A DNA stretch of 64,000 bases, from assembly GCA_951406725.2 (NCBI GenBank), contig OX597822.1, positions 37,820,001 through 37,884,000 on the forward strand, in the 5' to 3' direction. Source of the stretch: Octopus vulgaris. Lineage: Eukaryota. Within the stretch, counting starts at the first letter, position 1. The number at the start of each line of letters is the position of its first letter. A program made the position numbers and the translations under genes. This document shows, piece after piece, positions 1-12,992 of the stretch. The notes beneath the pieces were generated by a model. That model saw only the letters and a program-made list of their open reading frames with translations. It made no database searches and was not told the origin of the DNA.

Positions 1-410
1 TTTATTTTTGTAGTTAATCCTTTAAAATCCAGCCGATAGGATGTTAAATCTGTTCTAAGAAGCTCATTGAGATGATGTTACTGAGGATAAGGAAATATTA
101 CTGAAGACGGCAAGTTGTTTGACTTGAAAGATTTCATCACAGAAGAGATTCATAGCAGAGATAGCAGCTCCGCAAAAAAAGAAAAAAAAGAAAGAAGAGT
201 TTTTGTTTTCTGGAGATTAGGACAGTACTTCTGTGATTTGCTTTCAGAAACAGATGAACATTTATATTCTATTTTCAGCTCCAGTTGAATCTCAGTAAGT
301 TCTGGCTATCTGACCCAAAATGTGCAATAACAGGACATCCATTCAGAAATAGATCTATCGGTAGCGCCGTGGGAAATTGAAATTTGTCCTTTGCTCGTCG
401 AAAATTTGAG

Positions 411-555
411 CTCTCGGCCCATGGGTAATTCTGTAATCTTTACTCACTAATAAAGTGTCAATGCACGAAAGCCTCGGCCCTTGAGTCACTCTGTTACTTC
501 TTCTGATTAATAAAGGGTCAATGTATGAAACTCTCGCCCCTAGAGTCGCTCTAAC
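411..555. repeat. Degenerate 60-bp tandem repeat, about 2.5 units
   Basis: Units start at 411, 471 and 531 (ctctcggccc / gcctcggccc / ctctcgcccc). Units 1-2 share taataaag.gtcaatg.a.gaaa. Confidence 0.75.
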
Positions 556-902
556 TTCAGCCGCCGACCATTATTATACTTTTCGTCCAGAAATGTGGAA
601 TTCTGCTAAAACGGACAGGTCAGTAAACAACCTCGCCACTACATTAATGTAAATCTTAATGTAAATTTTTTTGAATTCATAATATTCTGTACTGAACTTT
701 TTTTGATAATTCCTCCTGGAAATTACCCTGAGATGTATAATATATTTGTTTTAATCTTTTCTGCCCATTTTTTCAAATATTCTCATCATACTGTTGTACT
801 TTTTTATGTCCTTAACATGTCCCTGTTACCAAAGACTGTATATATACATGTAATGTGGCAATTTGCAACAACCAATAATTAACGCAACCAAACTTCCATA
901 TG

Positions 903-947
903 TTACTTTTGACAATCTTTTTCCAAAGAGTGAAACCGGTTAAGTAA
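903..947 (+). ncRNA. Minimal type I hammerhead ribozyme motif, U3-A8 core variant
   Basis: Stem I ttactt(903-908)/aagtaa(942-947); core TTGACAA; stem II cttt(t)/(a)agag with a first-position U.U mismatch; GAAA-CCGG-TT with palindrome AACCGGTT; about 45 nt upstream of (TA)n at 988. Confidence 0.6.
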
Positions 948-985
948 ATAAACATCTCTTAAATTGCATTTTCAAACCTTCTTTC

Positions 986-1047
<62 letters not shown>

Positions 1048-1048
<1 letters not shown>

Positions 1049-1411
1049 GGCGCAGGAGTGGCTGTGTGGTAAGTAGCTTCCTTACCAACCACATGGTTCA
1101 GGGTTCAGTCCCGCCGCGTGGCACCTTGGGCAAGTGTCTTCTATTATAACCTCGGGCCGACCAAAGCCTTGTGAGTGGATTTGTTTGACGGAAACTGAAA
1201 GAAGCCCGTCGTATATATGTATATGTCTGTGTTTGTGTGTCTGTATTTGTCCCCCCCCCAACATAGCTTGACAACCGATGCTGGTAAGTTTACGTCCCCG
1301 TAACTTAGCATAGAATAAGTACTAGGCTTACAAAGTCCTGGGGGTCGATTTGCTCGACTAAAGGCGGTGCTCCAGCACGGCCGCAGTCAAATGACTGAAA
1401 CAAGTAAAGAG
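1048..1411 (+). mobile_element. SINE family A (tRNA-like head, CORE-like box, internal microsatellite)
   Basis: A-box-like gtggctgtgtggt, B-box-like gggttcagtccc, ccttgggcaagtgtctt box, tail ccagcacggccgcagtcaaatgactgaaacaagtaaa; more than 10 copies in the window. Confidence 0.85.
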
Positions 1412-1432
1412 TATATATATAAGTACAGGATA

Positions 1433-1750
1433 GTGAAGGCGCATGACTCAGTGGCTAGATCGTGAGGTTGTGAGATCGATTCCCGAACTAGGCTGCGTAC
1501 TATGTTCTTGAGCAAGACACTTTATTTCACGTTGCTCCACTTCACTCAGCTGTAGAAATGAGATGTGATGTCACTGGTGCCAAGCTGTATCAGCTTTTGC
1601 CTTTTCTCTTGGATAACATCAGTGGCGCGGAGAGGGGAGGCTGGTATGCATGGGCGACTGCTGGTCTTCCACAAACCACCTTTCTTGGATTTGTGTCTTA
1701 GAGGGCAACTTTCTAGGGACAATCCTATGGTCATTTATGACCGAAGGGGG
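1433..1750 (+). mobile_element. SINE family C
   Basis: gaaggcgcatgactcagtgg head and tgttcttgagcaagacactttatttcacgttgctcca box; near-identical layout at 14579-14918. Confidence 0.8.
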
Positions 1751-1859
1751 TCATTAATATACACAGGCACATGCATATATTTCTCAATATTATCGTTAAA
1801 GACGTTACGACAAATATATAAATTTCTATTTTGTCCACGCCTCTCTCTTCCTCTCTCTG

Positions 1860-1896
<37 letters not shown>

Positions 1897-1961
1897 TCTC
1901 TCTCTCTCTCGCACACACACAACACACTCTCTCTCTTCCTGCCTGTCTGTATGCATGTATG

Positions 1962-2262
1962 TCCGTATGTCGTTGTCAGCTTAATCTCGGTATCCGAGAA
2001 CTTAGTTTCCTCTTCGCTGAACGCTTCCTTTACTGTGATGGCGTTATTGACTCTGTAGACCAATCGTTGCATAGAACAGTCGATGGCATTGCAATGGTAA
2101 TGTTGGCGGAGGACGAGGTTGGCTTTGTCGAGCCTTTCTCTCCTGTCGTTTCGTTTCTTCTTTTTCTCTTCTGGTTGCTTCTAAACTCTTGGTTCCGATG
2201 GTGATGCAACGCTGCTACTTGGTACGGTCTCAGGTTTATGTTTCAAACGATTTAGGCTCAAG
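1962..2262 (-). mobile_element. RTE-clade LINE, decayed 3' fragment
   Basis: Minus frame ...CITIGTKSLEATRREKEETKRQERKARQSQPRPPPTLPLQCHRLFYATIGLQSQ*RHH resembles the RTE ORF C-terminal helix and zinc-finger tail; short 3' UTR; bordered by TATG-type repeats. Confidence 0.7.
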
Positions 2263-2585
2263 AATGTATGTATGTATGTATGTATGTATGTATGTATGTA
2301 TGTATGTATGTATGTATGTATGTATGTATGTATGTATGTATAATTGAATGCATGTGTGTGTGTGCATGTATGTTATACAAACTCGCATTTCTCCAATAGG
2401 ATCGTTATAGACATTTAGTCACTTTATACAACTATCGAAAACAAGAAATTCTTTCATTTTCAGAAGTGTTAGCTTTATAATTTAATTAAATGTTTTTAAC
2501 GAGTGTGTAGAGATATTTATATATTTATCTGTGTAGAAACATTCATGCGTACTGAGAAAAGACAGACAAATAATTAAAAGAGGGT

Positions 2586-2879
2586 CCCAGCTGATACGAT
2601 CAACGGAACAGCTTGCTCGTGAAATTAACGCGCAAGTGGTTGAGCAATCCACAGACACGTGCGCCCCTAACGTAGTTCTCAGGGAGATTCGGCGTGAAAC
2701 AGAGTGTGACAAGGTTGGCCTTTTGAAATACAGGTACTACTCATTTTTGCCAGCTGAGTTGACTGGAACAACGTGAAAAAAAGTGTCTTGCTCAAGGACA
2801 CAATGTGTCACCGGGAATTGAACTCACGACCTTTCGATCGCGAGCCGAATACCCTAATCACTGAGCCACACGCCTTCAC
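2586..2879 (-). mobile_element. SINE family C variant
   Basis: Reverse complement has gtgaaggcgtgtggctcagtg head, gagttcaattccc B-box and tgtccttgagcaagacac box; 3' part shared with 35576-35942. Confidence 0.8.
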
Positions 2880-2958
2880 AGACATACTGTTGCCATGCAC
2901 GCAAGAATGTATCTGCGGGTGCGTGTAATACGCGTGTGTCATTATATAGAGAAAGAGA

Positions 2959-3147
2959 AGGCGGCGAGTTGGCAGAAATGTTAACACGCCGGGAGAAATG
3001 CTTAGCGGTATTTCGTCTGCTGCAACATTCTGAGTTCAAATTCCGCCGAGGTCGACTTTGCCTTTTATCCTTTCGGAGTCGATAAATTAAGTACCAGTCA
3101 ATTGCTGGGGTCAGTGAGATCGATGTGCCTATAAGAGAAAGGATTAT
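2959..3147 (+). mobile_element. SINE family B
   Basis: aggcggcgagttggcagaa...gagttcaaattccgccgaggtcgactttgcctttt; about 10 copies in the window. Confidence 0.8.
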
Positions 3148-3227
3148 GTAGAGAAAGACAAAGAGGGAGAAGAGAGAGAGGGGAGACAGGGGAGGAGAAA
3201 AGAGAGAGAGAGAGAGTAGACAGGGGA

Positions 3228-3258
<31 letters not shown>

Positions 3259-3269
3259 GAGACAGGGGA

Positions 3270-3305
<36 letters not shown>

Positions 3306-3337
3306 ATGGGAGAGAGAAAGAGATAGAGCAGAGAGTT

Positions 3338-3387
<50 letters not shown>

Positions 3388-3810
3388 AACAGGCAGAAAG
3401 AATGAAGATTCATATATTTTCTTCTAATGTTGCAATAAGCTACTTCTTTTAAAACATCTACCGGTCTGTCTTTCAATCGCTGTTTTTACCTCGAGTGCTC
3501 ATCCGATACACAAGTAATGTAGAGAACTTACAGTTACCGTCCATCTTAGTTTTCTTCATTTAATCTTTTCAGAAAAACCGTTGAATAATTATTTTTCTCA
3601 TTTTTTCTTACCGATAGAGTAAGTACCAGGCTTACAAAAAATAAGTCCTGGGGTCGATTTGCTCGACTAAAGGCGTTGCTCCAGCATGGCCACGGTCAAA
3701 TTACTGAAACAAGTAAAAGAGGGAAAAGAAGGTAACGTCAAAATATTTTCATTGAAGTGTGTTATGGTTAATTGCAGCTCTTTTCTTTCTCCACAAATTT
3801 TGTTTCAGAC

Positions 3811-4155
3811 ATGATGGAGAGGCAATTAGAACAAAAAAAGTGAGCATTTTCGATCCATGCTTCTCTTCACTTTCAACCAAGGTTCCAAAGCAGTCAAAAC
3901 CGCTGGAAACATTTCTGCTACGTTCGGAGTAGGCGCTATTACTCAAAGAACTACACAGAAATGCTTTTTACACTTCAAGGAGGAGAAATTCGAGCTCACA
4001 GACCCTCCGCCAACATGTTCAGTTCAATGAGGATCTATTGAGTATGCTCATCAACGGGGATCGGTGCCAATCCACGTCGGAATTACACCAGCAGATTGGA
4101 CACTTTCATGATATTGTCATCCATCACCTTCACTCGATGGTTAAGGTTAAAAAAA
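3811..4155 (+). pseudogene. Mariner transposase N-terminal HTH remnant
   Basis: Frameshifted translation EHFRSMLLFTFNQGSKAVKTAGNISATFGVGAITQRTTQKCFLHFKEEKFELTD...HHLHSMVKVKK matches the Mos1-type N-terminal DNA-binding region. Confidence 0.8.
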
Positions 4156-4467
4156 CCCACTTTGTATAGAAATAAATGGGGGTGATGGTGGGACGATCGA
4201 ATTTATTTGATAATCCAGTACTTGTTTAAAATACATTTGGATCGTATTCAGCGTGCTGCAATCACTGTTTGGACAATAATTTTTAAAAGACAAAACAAAT
4301 TACCCGTACATTAGCTAACGTATAAAAGATACGAGGAGTTTTCATCAAAGTGATCAAATTGACATACCACTAAGATTCCGTTTTGAACTGCAGTTGAACA
4401 TGTGATTTCGTGACTGCCTTTTTAAAGCTGCTAGAAGTGGCTTCTTCTTGAGCAGGTAGGTGTATAT

Positions 4468-4822
4468 TCTTTTCTACCCTAGGCGCAAGGCCTGAAATTT
4501 TGGGGGAGGAGACCAGTCGATTAGATCGACCCCAGTACACAACTGTTACTTAATTTGTCGACCCCGAAAGGATGAGAAGCAAAGTCGACCTCGGCGGAAT
4601 TTGGACTCAATGACTTCATAAAAATTCTTTTTACTATAGTCAAAACGCCTGAAATTTTGGTGGGGAGGAGACTAGTCCATTACATCAAAGCCAGTACTCA
4701 ACTTGTACTTATTTTATGAACTCCGAAAGGATGAAAGGCAAAGTTGACCTCGGCGGAATTTGGACTCAGAACGTAAAGACATTTCGCCTGGCGTGCTAAC
4801 GTTTCTGCTAACTCGCCGCCTT
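4468..4822 (-). mobile_element. Two adjacent SINE family B copies
   Basis: Two copies of aaaggatga...caaagt(c/t)gacctcggcggaatttggactca (about 4468-4609 and 4625-4822). Confidence 0.8.
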
Positions 4823-5706
4823 CATGTAGGCGTATATTAACACAGAAATGATAAATCAAACGGATTGGCTAGATTTGACAAGCACATTTAATTTAGCTAT
4901 ATAATAACAGTTATAGTTAACTGATATAAACTTCTGTTCCCGTTCTTTCACTAAGATTTCCATAAGTACAATCCATTTTAGATTAGTTAAATACATTCCT
5001 ACCATTGAAACTTAAAATATCTGCTAATAGAGCGGATTCCTGTGATTTAGAATAATCCAACGTGCAAGGATGACAACTCTGGAGTTGTCGCATAGCGTTT
5101 TAGGAGAAACGGCACTGACCCCCAATGTGATCTCGGGAGTCACTTTTAGAAGCTTTAGGAGCTACGAGTCACGTGCTGCTTCCAGTTTGACCACCATCGC
5201 TCTAGTTTTCCAACTATACAAGATCAGAAATTTAATGGGAAGGGAGCAGAAGTTTTTATCAAGAATCCCGGTGTTTTGACTAGAACTTTATTTTTATCAG
5301 TCCTGAAAAGATGAAAGATAAAGTCAACTTCAACGAGATTTGAACTCAAAACATAAAGAGATGTGACTAAACACCTCAAGGCATTTTGTTCGATGCTCTA
5401 AGGATTCTACCAACCATCGCCTATACCGCTCTAACAACAACAACAACGACAATAATAACAGTGACAACAAGAACAACGACAATAAAAATAATAATCAATA
5501 AAAAATATTTTTGAAGAAAACCACAAAAAAAAACAACAAAAGAATCACCGAGCTAATTAATTAAGTGAATTGTCACATTAATTAATATAATTTATTGACA
5601 TTTCAATGACCTTTGCTGTGTTAGGTTTCAGTAAACGTTACAACTTCATAGGCTGTTTATTTAAACCAGATCTAACAATTAATTGACTGCAGACGATTTA
5701 AAACAT

Positions 5707-5875
5707 TCACACACACACATACGCATACACACACGCATATAGACACGCGTGCATACACACACAAATGCACACGCGTGCACATACATGTGTACACACACAC
5801 ACGTATGTACAAGCACACAAATACACTTACGCACACACATACACTCGCAAAATTATTTACACATGTAGTCAGGCG

Positions 5876-5933
<58 letters not shown>

Positions 5934-6685
5934 CATACATATATACACATACACATGTACATGCAATCATACACAACCGCACTCACACACATACATATAC
6001 ACGCAGATAAACGCACACTGATACACGTATGCGCACACATGCATACACATACGCATAGATACACGCATGCATATACAGACATGCATACATATACACATGT
6101 TCACACATACACACATACAGGCAGATAAATACACACGTAGATACATTTGCGCATACACACACTCACACATCCGCACACACACGTACACACACAGACGCAC
6201 ACACGTACACACGCAGACGCACACACGCATATACATACATACATACATACATACATACATACATACATACATACATGCATACATACATACATACATACAT
6301 ACATACATTCATACATACATACACATATGCTCTCAAACAACGACACGCGCATACATATACATACATAAACAAACATAATGCAATCAAATACGTTTATATA
6401 CACTCATACACACACGTACGTACACATATCTGCACGCACATAAACTTATACACATACACACGCACAGAAACTTACACATTTACACACACATATGCACATG
6501 TATACGCAGATAAACACACACAGAGATGCACATGCACACATGCACACATATACACATATACACACGCACGCACACATAGACACACACACTTACACGCTCA
6601 CACACACACATATACACATATACACACACAATCATACACCCACAGACTCACACATACACACGCGCGCGTACACATGCGCACGCGC
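5707..6685. repeat. Compound (CA)/(TA)/(TACA) microsatellite field
   Basis: Directly visible; the source of the spurious His/Thr and Val/Cys ORFs. Confidence 0.95.
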
Positions 6686-7099
6686 CGAACCATTCACATA
6701 GAGGATTACGATTTTGTATTTCTTGATATACAAAATGTGAGATGGTCACATTTGGAGTGTTTTATAATTTTAGGCCTGCCCGATCTGGGTCGACTTGGTG
6801 CTAAATAGCAACAACAATATTACAGCCACCCTTACCCTAATACCCACAGTACCAACTTCATAGTGGGGTGTCTCTATGTGGTCAAGCAATCTGCTAGAAA
6901 TAGTTGCTAAATCTCCCTCAAATCGACTCTCAGCTGTCTTTAGAAAGAGACATATTTAATAAATGTAATCGTGGGTTCTCTGTTATGTTTAGGAAAAATA
7001 TGGGATGGTCACGGCTGGAATAATTTTTGGTGATAGCTATTAGCTATGCTTGATCAGATTTGACATGGAGGTTGGCTAAACTACAACTACTAGCAACAT

Positions 7100-7346
7100 C
7101 AAGAGCGTCACCATCGCTATCTCTCTCACCACCGCCGTCACCGCCACTGCCGTCTCAGCCGCCGCTGCCACCACCAGTACCAGCACCACATCCATCACCA
7201 CCACCACCACCACCACCACTTTTACAACCACAATCACAAACACCACCATCGCCTCCATCACTGCCACTAGTACCACCAGCACCACTATTACAACCACAAC
7301 CACCACCAGCACCACCAGCACCACCACCACCAGCACCACCACCAGC

Positions 7347-7377
<31 letters not shown>

Positions 7378-7620
7378 CCAAAGCCACCACCTTCACCACC
7401 GCCACTATTGCAACCACAATCAAAAACACAACCACCACCACCACTACCGCCACCACCACCACTACCATACCACTACCATACCACTACCACCGCTGCTAAC
7501 ACCATTGTCACTACTATCTCAACCATCAACCACTGCCACCAACACAGCCACCGCTGCTACCCCCACGCCGCCTCCCCAACGCCGCTGCCCTCACGCCCCC
7601 ACGCCCTCTACTACTACTAC
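7100..7620. repeat. Degenerate (CCA)n low-complexity tract
   Basis: Directly visible; explains the poly-Pro ORF 7060-8169. Confidence 0.9.
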
Positions 7621-8184
7621 TACTCTCTTTATATTTTTGGCAACTCTCTCTCCATTTCTCTACCTCTCTCCTCCTTTTTCATTCCCATTGTACTTTATTG
7701 TGTTCCCTCTCTAAATTATCATAACTCTCCCATTTTATCCCCAGTTCCTGCCTCTCCGTTGGTGTTTCTCCCTTACAAACACTACCTCCTCCCTTTCCTC
7801 CTTTTATTCCTCTCCTTTCTTAACATTATCCTTCTCCTTTTACTTCACCTCCTTTATCAACATCTCTCTCTGCTTCTCACATATCCCCCTTTCTCCTCCA
7901 TTCACACTTCATCCTCTATCTTATTCTCTCTCTCTCTCACTCTCTCTCACTCGCCTTGTCTCTGCTTCCCTCTTCACTCTCTCTTTTCAGTCTTTCTGCA
8001 CCTCTTTCTCTTTCACTTTCTCCTCTCTCTCTTCCCCCTCTCTCTTCTCGTCCACAATAAGGGTCTCAGCCTCCGCATGGAGGATTGCACAACAGTATTC
8101 TTCAGAGTCACTGGCAACCATGGAGTAAGAGACACAAACGGCAGAAGGATCATCCTCAATACTCGTTAATTCCTGAAAAACACT

Positions 8185-8595
8185 GGATTGGTTGTTTCTA
8201 TGATTGGTCGATTAGTTTGATCGATCGGCTGATTGATTTGTTGAATGATTGGTAGATTGGTTGACTGATTGGTTGGTTGGCAGATTAATTGGCTGCTTGG
8301 TTAACTGTGTAGTTGGTTGATTGTTTGTTTGATTGTTTGATTGGTTGATTGGGTGTTTGATTGGTTGGTTGATTGGTTGGTTGGTTGATTGGTTGGTTGG
8401 TTGATTGGTTGTTTGATTGGTTGGTTGGTTCATTGGTTCATTGGTGTTTGATTGGTTGGTTGATTGGCTGTTTGATTAGTTGGTTGGTTGATTGGCTGTT
8501 TGATTAGTTGGTTGGTTGATTGGTTGTTTGATTGGTTGGTTGGTTGATTGGTTGTTTGATTGGTTGATTGGTTGATTGGTTGATTGGTTGGTTAG
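8185..8595. repeat. (TTGG)/(TTGA) tetranucleotide repeat field
   Basis: Directly visible. Confidence 0.9.
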
Positions 8596-9092
8596 TACCA
8601 CATGCACTTCTTCCTCCAAGTCAACAAAGCAACCTCAACATGGTCTCTCGCTGGTTCACACCTGGAAGACACAGTGTTGAAGTCCCATGTTACACGCAAA
8701 GAAAAGACAAACTCACAAACATCACATTAATCCAACAGAACAACATTTCTAATCTCCATCAGTGACAGACATTTTCAAAGACTTACTTTTGAAAAAGAAA
8801 AAGAACTTTAGGCGCAGGCATGGTTGTGTGACTAAGAATCTTGCTTCGCAACCACGACTGCTTCTTAAAGATAAACGCACACGCACACAAAGATAAAAAC
8901 GACTGTATCATTAGTCTCAGCCGCAAACACTGTGCTAGATTTCTTAGTATCAATGATAAATACACGGGAGCAACAACCATCGCATCTGGACGGAGTTCAC
9001 ATTACTCGTGTCAGCTGTGGTCATTACCAGAACTTGTAGATGCAGAAAAACTGACAAGTCAACGGAGGGTTAGAAAATGCTCACATTGTTCG

Positions 9093-9457
9093 CAGCTATG
9101 GTTGAGTGGTTAAGAAGCTTGCTTCCCAACCACGCGGCCTTGGGTTCTGTCCTACAGTGCAGCACCTTGGGCAAGTATCTTTTACTATAACCCTAGGCCG
9201 ATCAAAAGCTTGTAAGTGGTTTCGGTAGGCGGAAACTGAAAGAAGCACGTTGTCCATCCATCCATCCATACATATATACATACATATATGAGTGTCTTTC
9301 TGTTTGGTCCCATCACCGTTTGACAACCCGTGTTGGGTGGTTTACGCTCCCGTAACGTAGCGGTTCGGTAAAAGTGGTTGATAGAATAAATGCTAAACCC
9401 TTTCAAGGCGTTGCCCCAGTGTGGCCGCAGTCCAATAACTAAAAGAAATAAAAGAAA
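9093..9457 (+). mobile_element. SINE family A
   Basis: Same head, box and tail as 1048-1411, more diverged. Confidence 0.8.
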
Positions 9458-11034
9458 ACAGATTGTGCTCTGCACTCCATACGATACAACCCTGCATGCT
9501 GGAGGGTGCAGCGTGACCCTCGACTTCGATAGTAATAGTGTGACTGTAGCATGGTCTTAAACGTGGCTGACATGTTTCATCTAGGTAATACGATGACGAC
9601 GTTACAAAACACGTTGACGACATTGTGTATCTAGAGCAGGAGTCGGAGAACCGGGATAAATTACCCCAAATAGGGTAAAAATGACATTCATGGGGGTAAA
9701 GAGAACTCAGTAGAATTACATAAAAAACATGTTTCTTGTTACGGAAGAAATGTTTCTTCTGGTAACACTGCATCTGTCCAATGTGTGAATAATTGTGTGA
9801 ATAAATTCGTATAAATAGATTCAGTAAACCTTTTGAATTCAAAGATTCTGGGATTTCCTTCCTTCCTTCCTTCCAAATCAAGGGGGTAACGTCGGCGTAA
9901 ATGAATATATTTTGGGGGTAATTGATTGAAAAAGTGTCCCGACCCCTGATCTAGACAATGTGGCGGTCTTCATTACGATAATGACACGGTGTATCTGAAA
10001 GACTTGGATCTGTAGAAGCATCTGGATGTTCGATAAGGCCTGTCCTGGGTCTAAACGCCATCACCATCTTCCAAGCTATCATTTTCGTTGAACACGCATC
10101 ACCGCCACTGTCGCCGCCGCCGCTGCCACCGCCGCCACCACCACCACCACCACTACCACAACCACCACCACCGCCGCCACCACCACCACCACCACCACCA
10201 CCACCACCACCACTACAACCTCTGCCACCACCACGACTACAACCACCACCACCACTACAACCATCACCATCACCACTACAACCACCACTACCTCCACTAC
10301 AACCACAACTACTACAACCACAACCACCGCCACTACAACCACCATTACCACCACCACCACCACTACAACCTCTTTGCTATTACCAACACTACACCATGAC
10401 ACCATGCCAATATAGCACCGCACTTAAACCTCCACACCACTTCACACTACGTCACATCAATGCGCCAGAACCCCATACCACCACATCACACTACTACCAC
10501 CATCACCACCACCACCACCACAACACCATTACAAACTCTCATATTGGTGAAGCTCACCAAATGCAATATAATTAATGGGTTAATGTCACTCTGTGGTGGA
10601 GTAGTGGCAGTAGTGGTGGTGGGGTGGTGCGGGTGGATGGGGCGTTGAGGGCGGGTGGGTGAAAACGGTGTGGGGATGAAGTAGCTTGGTGTTGTGGTGC
10701 GGTGATGGTGATGGTGATGGTGGCGAGTGGCAGGTAGCGCATGGAGCGGTTATGTGGTGGCGATGTGTGATGCTGGAAGTGTGATGTTGTGGCGTGTTAC
10801 GGTGGTCCTAGTGTATTCATGATGGGAGTGAGGCGTGGGGGAGCACTGGCGGTGATGGTCGTGTGGTAGCCTCTGACATTGGCGAGTAGAAACGCAGGTG
10901 CAGTGAGTGTAATGTGATGTGGTGGCAGTGATTGTGTGCTGTCGTGGTGTTTATTTATATATATATATACATACATATACACACGCACGCATGCACACAC
11001 TCACACGCACACAAACATATATACTCTTTTACAC

Positions 11035-11242
11035 TTTTAATTGTTTCAGTTATTTCACTGCGCCCATACTGGAGCACCGCCTTTCGTCGAACAACTCGAC
11101 CCCAGGACTTAGTCTTTGTGAGCCTAGTACTTATTCTATCAATCACTTTTGCCGAACAGCTACGTAATGGGAACGTAAACACACCAACATCGGTTGTCAA
11201 GCGATGGCGGGAGGGGGTGACAAACACAAAAACACAAATGCG

Positions 11243-11274
<32 letters not shown>

Positions 11275-11400
11275 AACGAGGGGCTTCTTTCAGATTCCGT
11301 CTACCAAATCCACTCACAAGGCTTTGGTCGGCCCGAGGATATGGTAGAAGACACTTGCGTAAGGTGCCACACAGGGAGACTGAACCCGGAACCATGTGGT
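11035..11400 (-). mobile_element. SINE family A
   Basis: Reverse complement of the family A body, with internal (TA)n. Confidence 0.8.
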
Positions 11401-11505
11401 TTGGATATACATACATACATACATACATTCATACATACATACATACATACATACATACATACATACATACATACAGATATGTATATATACATACATACAT
11501 ACATG

Positions 11506-11981
11506 ATGATGGCCATCCACTCGTGACCGAGGAAGACCATTGCCGACCTTCAGGAACATTGTGCGCTCTAGGACTAACTTATATTTTGCATTTGCGGCTC
11601 CGTTGGTGGCTAATGAGCCCTGCTCTTGACAAGCATACACGACTGCAAACATTGCAGACCAAGCTTTCCCCATTCACTATACGAGCCGTGCGCTTTCGCA
11701 CAGCTCGCCTAAGTTCTTCATGCTGGATACGCGCTCTCTCAAAAGTGTCGATCCCCTCCTTAACCTGCTTCCTCCATCAGTGGCGATGACAGGCATTGTT
11801 CTCCCAGTCAGTGACCTGCATATCAAAGGCCTTTAACGAGGACTTAACACAGTCCTTAAATCGCAGCCTTGGTTTCTGCCGGAGTCTCCTTCCATTTACA
11901 AGTTCTCCATAGAGCATCTGCTTAGGAATCCTTCTATCCTCCATTCTAATAAGGTGTCCAGTCCAATGCAACCGGTGCTTG
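11506..11981 (-). mobile_element. RTE-clade LINE, 3' fragment
   Basis: KHRLHWTGHLIRMEDRRIPKQMLYGELVNGRRLRQKPRLRFKDCVKSSLKAF...*WRKQVKEG...CNVCSRVCLSRAGLISHQR is a typical RTE C-terminus; one in-frame stop; (ATAC)n on both sides. Confidence 0.9.
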
Positions 11982-11997
11982 TACATACATACATACA

Positions 11998-12030
<33 letters not shown>

Positions 12031-12088
12031 GTATATATATATACATATACACACACACACACACACATATATATATACATACATATAT

Positions 12089-12154
<66 letters not shown>

Positions 12155-12278
12155 GTTTGTGTGTGTGTGTGTGTGTGTATGTATATATGTATTTCTATAT
12201 GAATAATATTTTGTCTAATGACTAATTCGTCCTTTGTGCTGGGCCACTGGTAGTAATCTATATTATTACCTTTTTTTG

Positions 12279-12322
<44 letters not shown>

Positions 12323-12330
<8 letters not shown>

Positions 12331-12937
12331 AATAATATAATGGGGAGATTTATCCGATAGACATCAATTTATTAATATATTGCTAAAATTCTATCTACAG
12401 TTGTTTTACATGCTCGTCTCGCTCAATAACAAAATTAATAAAATAAAATTGAATTTCGAAAATAGTAAGCCGAATATTTCATCAGGGTGAAAATTAAAAC
12501 ACAGAAGGAATCACATCATAATTTATTATGATGTTATTCCTTCCATGTTTTAATTCTCACCCGATGAAGTATTTAACTCGCTATTTTCAAAATTCAGTTT
12601 TAATTTATCAATTTTGTTATTGAGCGAGTTGTGCATGCAAAACAATTGTAAGTAGCAGGGAATTTCGAGAATATGGTAATAAATTGATGTCTATCTGATA
12701 AATCCCTCCATTGCCTACTATATTGGAATATTGGGATATATCCATATATATCGAAGTGAAGCAATTATTGATCTCCGTAACATACTAAATTGGTGCCTAT
12801 TATTAAACAATAAACGCCAATACTATTAAGTAATACTGTAATACTGGATTCCTGAACATTTCATAGTTATATAAAATTAAACCGGTGAAGCTTGGATATT
12901 TACAGCTCCTTTTAAGAGGTATCTGTTTTCCTCAAAA

Positions 12938-12940
<3 letters not shown>
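12323..12940. mobile_element. (TA)n-embedded element with about 200-bp-arm palindrome and decayed hammerhead motifs
   Basis: 12323-12522 is a diverged reverse complement of 12526-12730 with almost no spacer. Arms carry c(t/c)gatga...aaaacaa(t/c)tgta. (TA)n on both sides. Confidence 0.7.

Positions 12941-12990
<50 letters not shown>

Positions 12991-12992
<2 letters not shown>

Noticed and set aside
1048-1130. tRNA genes suggested by A/B-box motifs
   Set aside because: These are SINE heads with no complete cloverleaf, repeated with SINE bodies.
5672-6808. Cluster of His/Thr and Val/Cys ORFs (and similar ORFs across the window)
   Set aside because: Translations of CA/TA/TACA microsatellites that lack stop codons.
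7060-8169. 369-aa proline-rich ORF resembling formin or extensin
   Set aside because: Made of (CCA)n and CT-rich low-complexity DNA, TTG start, no domain; overlapping frames are also open.
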